64,000 bases of DNA from IMG/VR virus record IMGVR_UViG_3300045988_155830, positions 1 through 64,000 of that record. One strand, given 5' to 3'. Within the stretch, counting starts at the first letter, position 1. Each line of letters begins with the position of its first letter. The notes below the pieces were generated by a model. That model ran no database searches. It was not told where the DNA came from and saw only the letters and a program-made list of their open reading frames with translations. The stretch is from a virus. Positions 1 through 9,559 of the stretch are shown in pieces. Both the position numbers and the translations under genes were made by a program.

Positions 1-153
1 GACAAGAACTGCGCACTCGAAATGGTACAGGCAGGCAATGTAAATACCGATTATGACAAACTTATTGACCGTCAGCTTGAAAGAGCGGCAATCACCTGTA
101 CCGCAGGTTTTTCAAAGATTTTTGCGGATTCCGTAAAGACTTTGTCTTACTAA
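1..153 (+). CDS. 3' fragment of a CDS entering from upstream (ends TAA at 151-153); hypothetical
   Basis: Open frame from position 1 to the stop at 151-153; no start in the window. Confidence 0.35.
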   Translation, partial: DKNCALEMVQAGNVNTDYDKLIDRQLERAAITCTAGFSKIFADSVKTLSY

Positions 154-209
154 TGAGGTGAAGTTTTGAATACGGGAAACATTGTTGAAAAATTTGAACT
201 GTTGAAGGA

Positions 210-536
210 ATGAAGAAAATGGATAATAAATTAAAAATCCGTGATTTCTGTGGTGATTATGCGTTGGATATACCATTCGCAGACGGTAGTGTAAACACGA
301 TATACTTTAATTCAAAACGAAATGCTGAAACAGTTAAGCATATTATTGAAGTTGACAAAAGTAAACCCAACGAAGCAACTGTGTGTGATATGCAAGAAAT
401 TAAACACGGAAAGTGGGAAGAAATTCGAGATTCTTATGGGCAACTTGAAGGATGGATTCATATTGAGTGTGGTAGAGAGGTAAAAATTAAAGAGAATTAT
501 TGTCCCTATTGCGGTGCGAAAATGGATAATATGTAG
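210..536 (+). CDS. hypothetical small protein with C-terminal CxxC zinc-ribbon
   Basis: 108-aa ORF with RBS-like GGAA upstream; C-terminal CPYCGAKMD motif. Confidence 0.5.
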   Translation: MKKMDNKLKIRDFCGDYALDIPFADGSVNTIYFNSKRNAETVKHIIEVDKSKPNEATVCDMQEIKHGKWEEIRDSYGQLEGWIHIECGREVKIKENYCPYCGAKMDNM

Positions 537-587
537 GGATTGATACTGAATACTTTACTCGGATTAAAATTATTGGAGGAAAATCAA

Positions 588-920
588 ATGAAAATTAAAG
601 CAGGTCAAGAGGAAAATTATAATCAGTTTGTTACAGTAAACAGTAAAGACCCTTATTCAAATGCAGTTGTGCGGTATGCAGAAAGATGGGCAAATCTTAT
701 GGAATCCAGAATTGCTTCGGGGGATAAAATTGTCGATATAGCAGATAGTACATCTCGTGAAGCAGATACAGAGGGTATTACTGGTTTTATGTATGGTTGT
801 GCTGTTAATGCCTTGTCTCAACTTTGGGAATACGGAGAGGAATTAAGGAAATGGCACAACAAAGAATATAACTATGAAGGCGATGGGGTAGTCAATCCAG
901 CTATTCTCACTATAGGATAA
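588..920 (+). CDS. hypothetical protein
   Basis: ORF in track (540..920); the likely true start is ATG 588, preceded by GGAGG. Confidence 0.45.
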   Translation: MKIKAGQEENYNQFVTVNSKDPYSNAVVRYAERWANLMESRIASGDKIVDIADSTSREADTEGITGFMYGCAVNALSQLWEYGEELRKWHNKEYNYEGDGVVNPAILTIG

Positions 921-934
921 AAGAGGTAATCATA

Positions 935-1687
935 ATGACTGAAAATATAACGGTTGAAGAAAACAAAATGTCTCCGCAGGAGTATTTTGATATTGTAAAA
1001 GAGAGGAAAAGGAAAATTACCGATAAACAATTAAAATCGGTATATGATAATTGTCTTGAACTTCTTAATAAATATAATATAACAGGTCAGCAGAGAGGTA
1101 TGGAAAAACTCTTATTTCATCTTAATTGCATTGAGAAAGAAAGAGAGATTGTTTCAATGGGTATTGATACATTTGTATATCGTGATGATATTGAGTTCTA
1201 TATCAATGAAGTTGCCTCTGATGTTGTCAAAATTATTGATATTCAAAGTTATGAGAGAGAAATTCCTGATGAGATTGTTGAAATTATTTCGCAGGTGAAA
1301 GATAAATTCGACCAGCTTTATATAGTGTTTACTGATTATACTGGCAGGATTGAACGAAAGGTAACAGAAGAACGTAGAAGAAAAGACCCTATTTTATTTG
1401 GAACATTTCAGAATGCCGAAACGAGAAGTGTTATTGACCGTTTTTATTATCTTGGTGATTGGGTTGATGAATATTGCGACCTTACACTTGATAAGATGGT
1501 CAATGAGACTGAACGAGTAGGTAAGAGAAACATTGTTCATACTATTAAAACACCAACAGATATTGAAGAATTAAAAGCACAGTTGAACAGCATTAAAAAA
1601 GTCAATTCAAGATTTGTTGTTGAGGAACAGAAAAAGAAAAGTTTTTTTGCAAGCATTAAGAACTTTATTGATAGGAAAAAGAAATGA
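935..1687 (+). CDS. hypothetical protein (250 aa)
   Basis: AAGAGG RBS 8 nt upstream of the ATG; compact spacing to neighbouring genes. Confidence 0.55.
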   Translation: MTENITVEENKMSPQEYFDIVKERKRKITDKQLKSVYDNCLELLNKYNITGQQRGMEKLLFHLNCIEKEREIVSMGIDTFVYRDDIEFYINEVASDVVKIIDIQSYEREIPDEIVEIISQVKDKFDQLYIVFTDYTGRIERKVTEERRRKDPILFGTFQNAETRSVIDRFYYLGDWVDEYCDLTLDKMVNETERVGKRNIVHTIKTPTDIEELKAQLNSIKKVNSRFVVEEQKKKSFFASIKNFIDRKKK

Positions 1688-2070
1688 TGAAATCAAATAT
1701 AGACTTAACATCAAATGAGATGTTTAGTCGGGAATCTGTGTCACTTCAATTATATGGTTTACAGTGGGATATGTCAAAAGTGGCTATTACCAAAAACGAC
1801 AGTGATTTAATTCCGAAATTTGAGGGTATCAGAACAGGAGATAAAAGATGTAGAGAACTAAAAGAATTGTGCGAAAGAGAAAGCACCGGAGATTATTGTG
1901 ATTGCTGTGGTTCTTATCTTAAAACAATTCCGTGGGATAGAACTTATGGATTGTGTAAGAAGTGTATGGCATATTACGCTAAAGAGGATTGGGCAAAAGA
2001 AGATTTACCCTGGGGTAAGTCACAAGAAATGAGAGGACAGATGGGAACAAATCCGTTATTTTGGGATTAA
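1684..2070 (+). CDS. hypothetical Cys-rich (zinc-finger-like) protein
   Basis: ATGA start/stop overlap with the upstream gene; CDCCGS...CKKC motif. Confidence 0.5.
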   Translation: MMKSNIDLTSNEMFSRESVSLQLYGLQWDMSKVAITKNDSDLIPKFEGIRTGDKRCRELKELCERESTGDYCDCCGSYLKTIPWDRTYGLCKKCMAYYAKEDWAKEDLPWGKSQEMRGQMGTNPLFWD

Positions 2071-2100
2071 AAATAATATTGAGAAAATTCAAAAATATTA

Positions 2101-2129
2101 TTGACATTCTGGCATACATATGATATACT
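2101..2129 (+). promoter_or_regulatory. sigma-70-type promoter (TTGACA-17-TATACT) upstream of the integrase
   Basis: TTGACA at 2101-2106 and TATACT at 2124-2129, separated by 17 bp. Confidence 0.5.
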
Positions 2130-2170
2130 ATCCATAGTAAATGATTTACTACACAGGAGGTAGCGAAATA

Positions 2171-3124
2171 ATGAATACAAACACAGTAAAAATCACACCA
2201 TTATTCCAGAAAGTCGGAATTGACATTGTTGAATTTCCACAACAGGATAAAGCAACGAAATTAAAGAAAGATGGAACGCCAAAAAATATTGTGTGCAACA
2301 AAAAGAAAGGCAAGAAATCAGAAGCTTATGCTATTGAAATTCCTGATATTAAGAAGTTAATAGATTTCTTTTATCAAAATGAAATGTGGCAACATTATTT
2401 GATTTTTGTTTTGTCCTGTAATATGGCTCGCCGTATTGGTGATACACTTACTTTGACTTGGGAGCATTTCTTTTATCCGACAACTGGTGCGATGAGAAAT
2501 GACTTGCTTGAAATCGTAGAGGACAAGACCGACAAGCTCGCAAATCCTCATATCAATTCAGCCTGCAAAAAAGCAATTCTGCTTTATATTGAAAAAACAG
2601 GTATCAATCCTGCCGAAAACAATTATAAGAATTATGTTTTTGTGCAGACCAGCGGAAACTATAAAGGTAGAGTTATTACTGATGATGGCTACCGTAAAGG
2701 CTTGAAAAAGGCTGCTGTTCAAGTTGGTATTGAGTATAACATTGGAACTCATAGTCCTCGTAAAACTTTTGGTATGATTAGTAGGATGTTGCATCCAAAT
2801 GATTATGATAGTATGGAACTCCTTCAGACTATCTATAATCATAGCGATACCAAAACAACAAACCACTATATCGGATTAACAAAGAAGAAGATTGACACCT
2901 ACTATAATGATATGGGTTCATTTTTTGATGATTATATCACAGGTGATAAAACATATATGGAAGTTGCAGAGCAGCCCGTAGTAAGTATTGATACTAATTC
3001 TTTGAGAGATATTATCAAAGAGGCATATAAAGCCGGAGCAGAAAATGCAGATAACACCGACCCTGTTATTCACATTGATGCAATCAACAAAATTATCGGT
3101 ATGATTGAAAGAGTGGCAAAGTAA
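2171..3124 (+). CDS. tyrosine site-specific recombinase / phage integrase
   Basis: ARRIGD (box I Arg), HSPRKTFG (H-x-x-R) and a C-terminal NHY(I) tyrosine motif, matching the R-H-R-Y catalytic signature; RBS GGAGG precedes ATG 2171. Confidence 0.6.
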   Translation: MNTNTVKITPLFQKVGIDIVEFPQQDKATKLKKDGTPKNIVCNKKKGKKSEAYAIEIPDIKKLIDFFYQNEMWQHYLIFVLSCNMARRIGDTLTLTWEHFFYPTTGAMRNDLLEIVEDKTDKLANPHINSACKKAILLYIEKTGINPAENNYKNYVFVQTSGNYKGRVITDDGYRKGLKKAAVQVGIEYNIGTHSPRKTFGMISRMLHPNDYDSMELLQTIYNHSDTKTTNHYIGLTKKKIDTYYNDMGSFFDDYITGDKTYMEVAEQPVVSIDTNSLRDIIKEAYKAGAENADNTDPVIHIDAINKIIGMIERVAK

Positions 3125-3330
3125 TGGATAAAAATGATTATGAAAATCACGAAGTTAAAGTCCAAATTAGAGAATATCTCGGATGTATATATAATGCTTG
3201 CCCGGAACTCCGCATAGGGCAAATAATGGTTAATGCAGCAGTAAAGGGTGGATGGACTCAAGGAGATATATTCTATTGTTCTGATGAAATTCTATTAAAA
3301 GGTTTGAAAATTTTATGGGATGAGGTGTAA
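3124..3330 (+). CDS. hypothetical protein (68 aa)
   Basis: ORF whose start overlaps the integrase stop. Confidence 0.35.
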   Translation: MDKNDYENHEVKVQIREYLGCIYNACPELRIGQIMVNAAVKGGWTQGDIFYCSDEILLKGLKILWDEV

Positions 3331-3359
3331 ATATAATTTATATTCTTATTCATAAGACT

Positions 3360-3737
3360 GTGAATAATGAAATATCAAAACATTTCGCAGTTAATAAAGA
3401 AGCTCAAAACCTTATGTGGAATGAATACGATGAAGTTCGTAAAAATTCTATTGATAAGGTATCTGGCAATCGTGGCGGTGATTGGTGTGAGATTATATAT
3501 TCCGATAAGTCAAAGGAAACTTGGAGTATATACCCTGTTGATATTCCAAAGACAGAGAAAATCTGTGTAACTTATAAGACAAGAACAGACATTGTATATT
3601 TCATCACTAAAAAAGAAATTACCGTTGATAATTTTTTCATATATCAATATGATATAAACAAAAGTGAAACAATTAAACTTGGTAAAGGTAATAATCCAAT
3701 TTTACTGGAGCAGAAGTATATAAAAAATATTTCTTAA
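3360..3737 (+). CDS. hypothetical protein (GTG start)
   Basis: 125-aa ORF from the track; a nested 67-aa ORF at 3367 is judged spurious. Confidence 0.35.
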   Translation: MNNEISKHFAVNKEAQNLMWNEYDEVRKNSIDKVSGNRGGDWCEIIYSDKSKETWSIYPVDIPKTEKICVTYKTRTDIVYFITKKEITVDNFFIYQYDINKSETIKLGKGNNPILLEQKYIKNIS

Positions 3738-3763
3738 TTTTAGAAACAATATTGAGAAAACCA

Positions 3764-3792
3764 TTGACAAACAGCACACCTTATGTTACAAT
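3764..3792 (+). promoter_or_regulatory. sigma-70-type promoter TTGACA-17-TACAAT, preceded by the conserved TTAGAAA..ATATTGAGAAA motif
   Basis: TTGACA at 3764-3769 and TACAAT at 3787-3792. Confidence 0.5.
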
Positions 3793-3941
3793 TATTATAG
3801 TAACAGATTTACTATAATTTATGGGCTGGAAGGAGCATTAAAAGATAGGAATTATAAGTCCACACATAATTACACACATATTATAATAAAGTTAATCCAG
3901 CCTATGAAGTTACATATTAAAGCCATAAGGTGGTATGGATT

Positions 3942-4325
3942 ATGCTTAATAAGACTAACTTAAATGAATACCCACGCTGCGGCGAAATTTGGATGTGCTA
4001 TCTGACTTCTAAAGATGGTAGTATTCAGAGTGGATATAGACCTGTTTTTATTCTCTCTAATGACAAAAACAATACATATAGCACTACACTTAACATAATT
4101 CCGTTGACTTCTAAAATGAATAAAAGAAAGTTGCCGGTACACGTTGAGTTGTGGAATTATCAAAAGTATGGACTCAAGACACCGAGTACATTGCTTGTAG
4201 AACAGATTACAACAATTACTATTGAATGTCTTGATAAATGTATTGGAAAAGTAAGCGATAAAGAAACATTATGTAATATTAGTAATGCTATCGCTATTCA
4301 ATTTCCTGTGATGGTAACAGTTTAA
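3942..4325 (+). CDS. hypothetical protein
   Basis: ATG 3942 with AGGTGG 7 nt upstream; the track's ORF begins at GTG 3930. Confidence 0.5.
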   Translation: MLNKTNLNEYPRCGEIWMCYLTSKDGSIQSGYRPVFILSNDKNNTYSTTLNIIPLTSKMNKRKLPVHVELWNYQKYGLKTPSTLLVEQITTITIECLDKCIGKVSDKETLCNISNAIAIQFPVMVTV

Positions 4326-4343
4326 AAACATTATTGAAAAGTC

Positions 4344-4372
4344 TTGACAGATAACTCTTAACTTGCTATAAT
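4344..4372 (+). promoter_or_regulatory. sigma-70-type promoter TTGACA-17-TATAAT
   Basis: TTGACA at 4344-4349 and TATAAT at 4367-4372. Confidence 0.55.
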
Positions 4373-4404
4373 TAAATTGTCATAATATTAAGAGGTGTGT
4401 AATT

Positions 4405-5394
4405 ATGGGCAAAATTTCTACTAAACAGTTAATAAACAGATACTTCAAAAGCATTGAAGGAACTCCGGCAGAAAAGCAAAGAGCAATTATTGATAAGACT
4501 GAATTATATGATTATGAGGAAAAAATCGGCAAAGAACTTATTGATATGGATGTTGATGATTTGTTTGGATTGATTAACGAGCTTAACAATAAGAAAAATG
4601 GTAAAGATATACCTTTTATGACGGCTCATTATTCATTCGACCATTTAACCGTATTATTGCGAGCAATCTTCAACTTCTACATTGATACGGTTGAGCCTAT
4701 CAAGAATCCTTTATATGATAAAAGAATGAAAGGCAAAGAAGCAACTAAAAGATTAGCACAAGGCAAAGAAACTCTCCGTTTTGATTATGTTCAAAGTATT
4801 ATAAATAAAGTTCATAATGATACAACCGAAGATAGAGCAGACTATGTTGAACTTATAATGTTGCTGTATTATTCAGGATTTGAAAATGCCGAAGAAATTG
4901 CTACATTCAAAGGTAGTGCAATCAATCATAGAAACAGAACTGTTGCAATGACAGGCAGAACGGTTCAGCTTACAGATAGATGCTATGAATTATTACAAAA
5001 ATTTGAAGGCATTGATGAATTAGTCGAATGGAGAACATACTACTTAATAACATATAGAGGCGGATATTTTAAGTTTATTGTTCAAGAAAAACAACTTGCC
5101 GAATTTGATGATAGAGATATAAGGTCTATATGTAATATGATTAACAGACAGATTTCTGTGTATGTTAATCAGCCATATAATACAAAAATTAACTTTAGCA
5201 TTCTCTACTGGCTCGGTTTTTATGATTCAATTGTTAAAAAGTACGGCGAAAAAGAAACTAATAGAATGTTGCTTTCATTCCGTAATTCGGATGATGTAAC
5301 AAAATTGATGAATTGCGCCAGAGATTATGGAGTAAAGGTTGATAATATTTCACACCTTAAAAGATTTTTAAGACCTTTTGTAAAAGTTGATTAA
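4405..5394 (+). CDS. hypothetical protein (329 aa)
   Basis: Strong RBS (AAGAGG); long uninterrupted ORF. Confidence 0.55.
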   Translation: MGKISTKQLINRYFKSIEGTPAEKQRAIIDKTELYDYEEKIGKELIDMDVDDLFGLINELNNKKNGKDIPFMTAHYSFDHLTVLLRAIFNFYIDTVEPIKNPLYDKRMKGKEATKRLAQGKETLRFDYVQSIINKVHNDTTEDRADYVELIMLLYYSGFENAEEIATFKGSAINHRNRTVAMTGRTVQLTDRCYELLQKFEGIDELVEWRTYYLITYRGGYFKFIVQEKQLAEFDDRDIRSICNMINRQISVYVNQPYNTKINFSILYWLGFYDSIVKKYGEKETNRMLLSFRNSDDVTKLMNCARDYGVKVDNISHLKRFLRPFVKVD

Positions 5395-5490
5395 CAGGAA
5401 ATATAGGCTGTTTCGGCAGCCTATATAAAAATCCTTTTAGAAATAATATTGAGAAACACCAATATAATAGTAAGAAAGCAGGTGGTTAAA

Positions 5491-6135
5491 ATGGGTGTTT
5501 ATGTCTTAACAGATGGGCAAGGAAACTATATCCGAAAAGACAATTTAACAGGAAGATATGTACCTGTCCGAAGTTTTAAACAGGCACAACAATGGGATAG
5601 CCAAGTAAAAGCTCATTCTATTTTGAATAACTCATTAGCAAAGTCAATTAGAAATAATTATGCCGTGCAACTTATTGCCACGGAAAACACTATCGAGAAA
5701 GACGATATGAGTAAACAAAAGGAACTTTGTTTTCGTGCTATTGATGATGGCAACATTGATGATTGGCTTGAAAAGGTTAATACAATTATGAATGTATTAT
5801 CTGGTTCTGATACAAGGAAAGATGAACTCGTAGCCAAGTTAAGTGAAATCGACAAAGAAATTGTTGATATTCAACATTACATAGAATTTGGAAAATTCAA
5901 CTGCTATCAAGGGTGGATGTGTTTCAAAATGTTACAAAATACTTTGCAGCAGAGAAGAAAATATAAAAATGAAATTGCAGTATTAAATTTGATAAAGCAA
6001 TGTAAATTTGATAAATCGTCTCTTGAGGCTCTGTCAGCTACAATAGCAGATATTCAAAATAAATGTTATAGACCAAGAGCATTCCCAGAATTGTTCAGTG
6101 GGAACGAAAGAAATCAGAATGAAAAAGAAAATTAA
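5491..6135 (+). CDS. hypothetical protein
   Basis: ATG 5491 with GGTGG RBS; the track's 5449 start is a TTG lying inside the intergenic motif. Confidence 0.5.
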   Translation: MGVYVLTDGQGNYIRKDNLTGRYVPVRSFKQAQQWDSQVKAHSILNNSLAKSIRNNYAVQLIATENTIEKDDMSKQKELCFRAIDDGNIDDWLEKVNTIMNVLSGSDTRKDELVAKLSEIDKEIVDIQHYIEFGKFNCYQGWMCFKMLQNTLQQRRKYKNEIAVLNLIKQCKFDKSSLEALSATIADIQNKCYRPRAFPELFSGNERNQNEKEN

Positions 6136-6265
6136 GTTATGGCTCTACTATAATAAGCCGAGAATTTATAATCTTCCACAGGTTGTTTACATAGTGTGGA
6201 GAAATAAAGAATACATATTTGAAAAATATAATACAAACCGATTTAGGTTTTAATTGGAGTATAAA

Positions 6266-6866
6266 TATGACAACAGAAAGAAAATACTCAACAGGAGATA
6301 GGGTTAAAGTAACAAGTGGCTGTTTAACTTCTGGCAAAATTGGAACTGTAACTGGTTATTGTAACGGATATAGTCATAATGTGGTAGTAGTCCATCTCGA
6401 CTGTGGATATTCGAGAAATTATAATGAACTTTCATTAACATTAATAGAAAAATATAAAGGAGAACAGATTATGGCACTCAAAGGAAATTTCAAAATTGCA
6501 ACAGTTAATTTTATTCAGGGTTATAACACAAGTAAGGAATATTGCTTTGCATTATTTGATGATGAAATCAAGGAAGGTGACATCGTTCTGTGTGATTCTG
6601 GCAATGGTTATAGTATAGCGAAGGTTGTCGGAATTATGACACAGGAAGAATATGGCAAATCAGTAACAAAAGAAATTGTTTGCAAATGTGATTTTGCACT
6701 TTTTGAAAAGAGAAAGGCAATAAGGAAGCAAAAAGCGGAAATTAAGAAGAAACTTGATAAAGCCGTAAAGGAAAATCAGGATTTAATTCTTTATAAGACT
6801 ATCGCACAGAATAATCCTGATGTTGCAGCGCTTCTTGCCGAATATGAAGCTCTTACTTCGGAATAA
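6266..6866 (+). CDS. hypothetical protein (KOW-like GDRVKV..GKIGTV N-terminus)
   Basis: ATG 6266 with GGAG RBS. Confidence 0.45.
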
Positions 6867-6959
6867 TGTGAATAAAAGACGGGTTTTATTGCCATAATTA
6901 CTACAATATATAGTAATTATGTAAAAGTTAAACACTATATATAGAAAGAGAACGATAAA

Positions 6960-7373
6960 ATGTTATATGAAGAAATGCGATTGCGAAAGACTGGCGAAAC
7001 TGTAAGAGTATATGCTATTAACCCTTCGGAAAATATAGCAACTATATTCTCTACTTCTCAATATACTAAAACAAATAACGGATGGCAGAAAATTAAGTTA
7101 TCGCAGTTAGTTCCGATGGATTTTCCTATTAACAATAAAGATTATATTTCTAAAACAAAGAAGAACAAAGCGAAAGATAGAATGAAATTGATTGAAGCTA
7201 CTTGGCAAACCAGTGACGGAAATCTTTGGAATCATTCTGACATTGATGCAGCAGTGGAACACGAACTTTTTCTTATGAGTTTAGAGGAAAATGGCAATAA
7301 GGAAAATAAAGACGGTAATGAAATTGTATATACTGCATCAGGAAAAATTGTAAAAATAGGAGGTCAAATATGA
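6960..7373 (+). CDS. hypothetical protein
   Basis: 137-aa ORF with a GAAAGAG RBS. Confidence 0.5.
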   Translation: MLYEEMRLRKTGETVRVYAINPSENIATIFSTSQYTKTNNGWQKIKLSQLVPMDFPINNKDYISKTKKNKAKDRMKLIEATWQTSDGNLWNHSDIDAAVEHELFLMSLEENGNKENKDGNEIVYTASGKIVKIGGQI

Positions 7374-8434
7374 TTAAGTTTATTGATAAAAAGAATAGAT
7401 TTGTTGAAATGTTTGACAAGAATACAGGTTTTTATGTTAGAAGTGGAGTTATGGGAGAATATGGAAAAGATACTGGTGTTGACCCATTTATGAGATGTTT
7501 TCCAGCACTTATTGATGTTGGTATTATGAATAAATGTGTTTGCGCTCATAAGTGTAATGTTGACTGTTATCAGAGAGCCATCGACCGTCACGGAGATAAT
7601 ATGTCTCTTGAAGATTATAAGTCAATTCTTGAACAGTGTAAAGGCAAAACATTTCAGTATGCTTTGGGTGGAGCAGGAGACCCTGATACACACGAAAATT
7701 TCAAGGAAATTCTTGAATTATCAAAAGAGTATGGTATCATACCAAACTTCACAACGTCAGGAATTATGATGACAGAAGAAAAAGCAAAACTTTGTAAAGA
7801 ATATTGTGGAGCAGTTGCCGTATCAGAACATTTTGCTGATTATACAAGAAAAGCTATTGATATGCTTTTGTCTGCCGGAGTAAAGACAAATATTCATTAT
7901 GTTCTTGGTTCTGATTCTATCGACTATGCTATTGAGCGGTTGAAGAACGGTGGGTTTGATAAAAGGATAAATGCTGTTGTATTTCTTCTTTACAAGCCCA
8001 TTGGTCTCGGAAGAAAAGAAAATATTTTAACAATGGATAATCCAAAAGTCAAAGAATTTTTTGAATTAGTTGATACAGGTAATTATCCTCATAAGATAGG
8101 CTTTGATTCTTGCTCGTGTGGTGGAATTGTAAACTTTTCACAGCATATTGATATGAACAGTATCGACTTCTGTGAGGGTGGCAGGTATTCAATGTATATT
8201 GATGCTGATATGAATGCTATGCCTTGTTCCTTTGGTAATCAGAATAGTAAGTATTTCGTGAGTCTGCGTAAATATTCTATTGAAGAAGCGTGGGAGAGTG
8301 AAATATTTAATCAATTCAGAAATTCTCTCAATCATTCTTGCCCTAACTGTAAAGATAGAGCAATGTGTGGCGGAGGTTGCCCCATTTGTCGAGATATTGT
8401 TTTATGTGACAGAAAGGAAAAACATTTACTATAA
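7370..8434 (+). CDS. radical-SAM-like / SPASM-domain enzyme, with a non-canonical N-terminal Cys cluster
   Basis: C-terminal CPNCKDRAMCGGGCPIC has the Cx2Cx5Cx3C SPASM/twitch spacing; a Gly-rich ALGGAGDP motif resembles the GGE motif; the N-terminal Cys cluster is CVCAHKCNVDC. Confidence 0.5.
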   Translation: MIKFIDKKNRFVEMFDKNTGFYVRSGVMGEYGKDTGVDPFMRCFPALIDVGIMNKCVCAHKCNVDCYQRAIDRHGDNMSLEDYKSILEQCKGKTFQYALGGAGDPDTHENFKEILELSKEYGIIPNFTTSGIMMTEEKAKLCKEYCGAVAVSEHFADYTRKAIDMLLSAGVKTNIHYVLGSDSIDYAIERLKNGGFDKRINAVVFLLYKPIGLGRKENILTMDNPKVKEFFELVDTGNYPHKIGFDSCSCGGIVNFSQHIDMNSIDFCEGGRYSMYIDADMNAMPCSFGNQNSKYFVSLRKYSIEEAWESEIFNQFRNSLNHSCPNCKDRAMCGGGCPICRDIVLCDRKEKHLL

Positions 8435-8541
8435 TGAAAATTAGAACAGATTTTGTAACAAACAGTTCAAGCAGTAGCTATGTTATTGCTTATAAAAAAA
8501 TACCAGAGATTGATGAAGATTTCATTATATTAGAGGATTAT
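8434..8541 (+). CDS. 35-aa peptide sharing the conserved N-terminus MKIRTDFVTNSSSSSYV (paralog 1 of 3)
   Basis: The ATG overlaps the stop of the rSAM-like gene (TAATG); the N-terminal 17 aa are conserved with the next two ORFs. Confidence 0.4.
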
Positions 8542-8546
8542 TAAAT

Positions 8547-8870
8547 ATGAAAATACGAAAAGATTTTGTGACCAATAGTAGCTCATCAAGTTTTATCATT
8601 TGTAAAGATTCTTTACCTGATGATATTAGAGAAAAAGTAGTATCATATATTGAAGAACATTTCGATGCAGCAACAGTTGAAAAAATGTATCAATATTATA
8701 AAGATTGTGATTTTGATTCTATTTATTATTTGGTAGATTATCATCCTAATGATAATGAAATGCACATATGGGTTACAAGAGATGAAAGTATGTGCGATGA
8801 TAACATAGATGATATTCTTTATAAATATGATAATACATCTATTGAGCCTAAATTTGATTTGCATTATTAA
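8547..8870 (+). CDS. 107-aa acidic protein with the conserved N-terminus MKIRKDFVTNSSSSSFI (paralog 2)
   Basis: Shares the N-terminal 17-aa motif; the nucleotide sequence diverges at synonymous sites. Confidence 0.5.
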   Translation: MKIRKDFVTNSSSSSFIICKDSLPDDIREKVVSYIEEHFDAATVEKMYQYYKDCDFDSIYYLVDYHPNDNEMHIWVTRDESMCDDNIDDILYKYDNTSIEPKFDLHY

Positions 8871-8881
8871 GGAGGTGTAAA

Positions 8882-9448
8882 ATGAAATACAGAAAAGATT
8901 TTGTAACGAACAGTAGTAGTTCGAGTTACATATGTGAAATATGTGGAAATTGTGAAAGCGGATATGATGTTGGGTTAAGTGAATTCGGAATGAGTGAATG
9001 TGTGAATGGTCATATATTTTGTGATGAACATAAACTCTCTATCACTGAAACAAAAGAGGATTTAATTAAATCAATTCTTGAAAATGAATATAATCATTCA
9101 ACAGAAGAAGAACTCAATGATATGGATATTGAAGAATTATTCAATAAAAAATATGATGGTGGTCATTATGAAATACCTGAATATATGTGTCCTATATGTC
9201 AATTCATTGAGTATAGTGAATCCGACCTTGCACAATATCTCTTAAAAGCATATCAAGTATCGAGAGATACTGTATTTGCCGAGGTTAAGAAATTCAACAA
9301 GAGAAGAAAGAAATTATATGACAGCGAATACATTACCTATGTTTGTCAACAGTATAATCTCATTCCGGCTGAAATTGTTTCAAGTTGGAAAGAGAAATTT
9401 GGAACATACGATAATTTCATAACATATCTGAATTCTCACGAAAATTAG
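8882..9448 (+). CDS. 188-aa Cys-rich protein with the conserved N-terminus MKYRKDFVTNSSSSSYI (paralog 3)
   Basis: GGAGG RBS; shares the N-terminal motif; multiple CxxC pairs. Confidence 0.5.
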   Translation: MKYRKDFVTNSSSSSYICEICGNCESGYDVGLSEFGMSECVNGHIFCDEHKLSITETKEDLIKSILENEYNHSTEEELNDMDIEELFNKKYDGGHYEIPEYMCPICQFIEYSESDLAQYLLKAYQVSRDTVFAEVKKFNKRRKKLYDSEYITYVCQQYNLIPAEIVSSWKEKFGTYDNFITYLNSHEN

Positions 9449-9478
9449 AAATAATTTTGACTTTTTTCAAAAACGTTA

Positions 9479-9507
9479 TTGACAAATGGGGATATGTATG
9501 CTATTAT
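9479..9507 (+). promoter_or_regulatory. sigma-70-type promoter TTGACA-17-TATTAT; the conserved motif lies downstream in the 5' UTR
   Basis: TTGACA at 9479-9484 and TATTAT at 9502-9507. Confidence 0.5.
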
Positions 9508-9559
9508 ATGAGTACAATAAAAACCGTATTGAGAAATACGCAAAAGAGAGGTTAATAAA

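Noticed and set aside
3367-3570. 67-aa ORF nested in 3360..3737
   Set aside because: It overlaps the longer ORF in another frame, has no independent RBS and a low-complexity hydrophobic translation.
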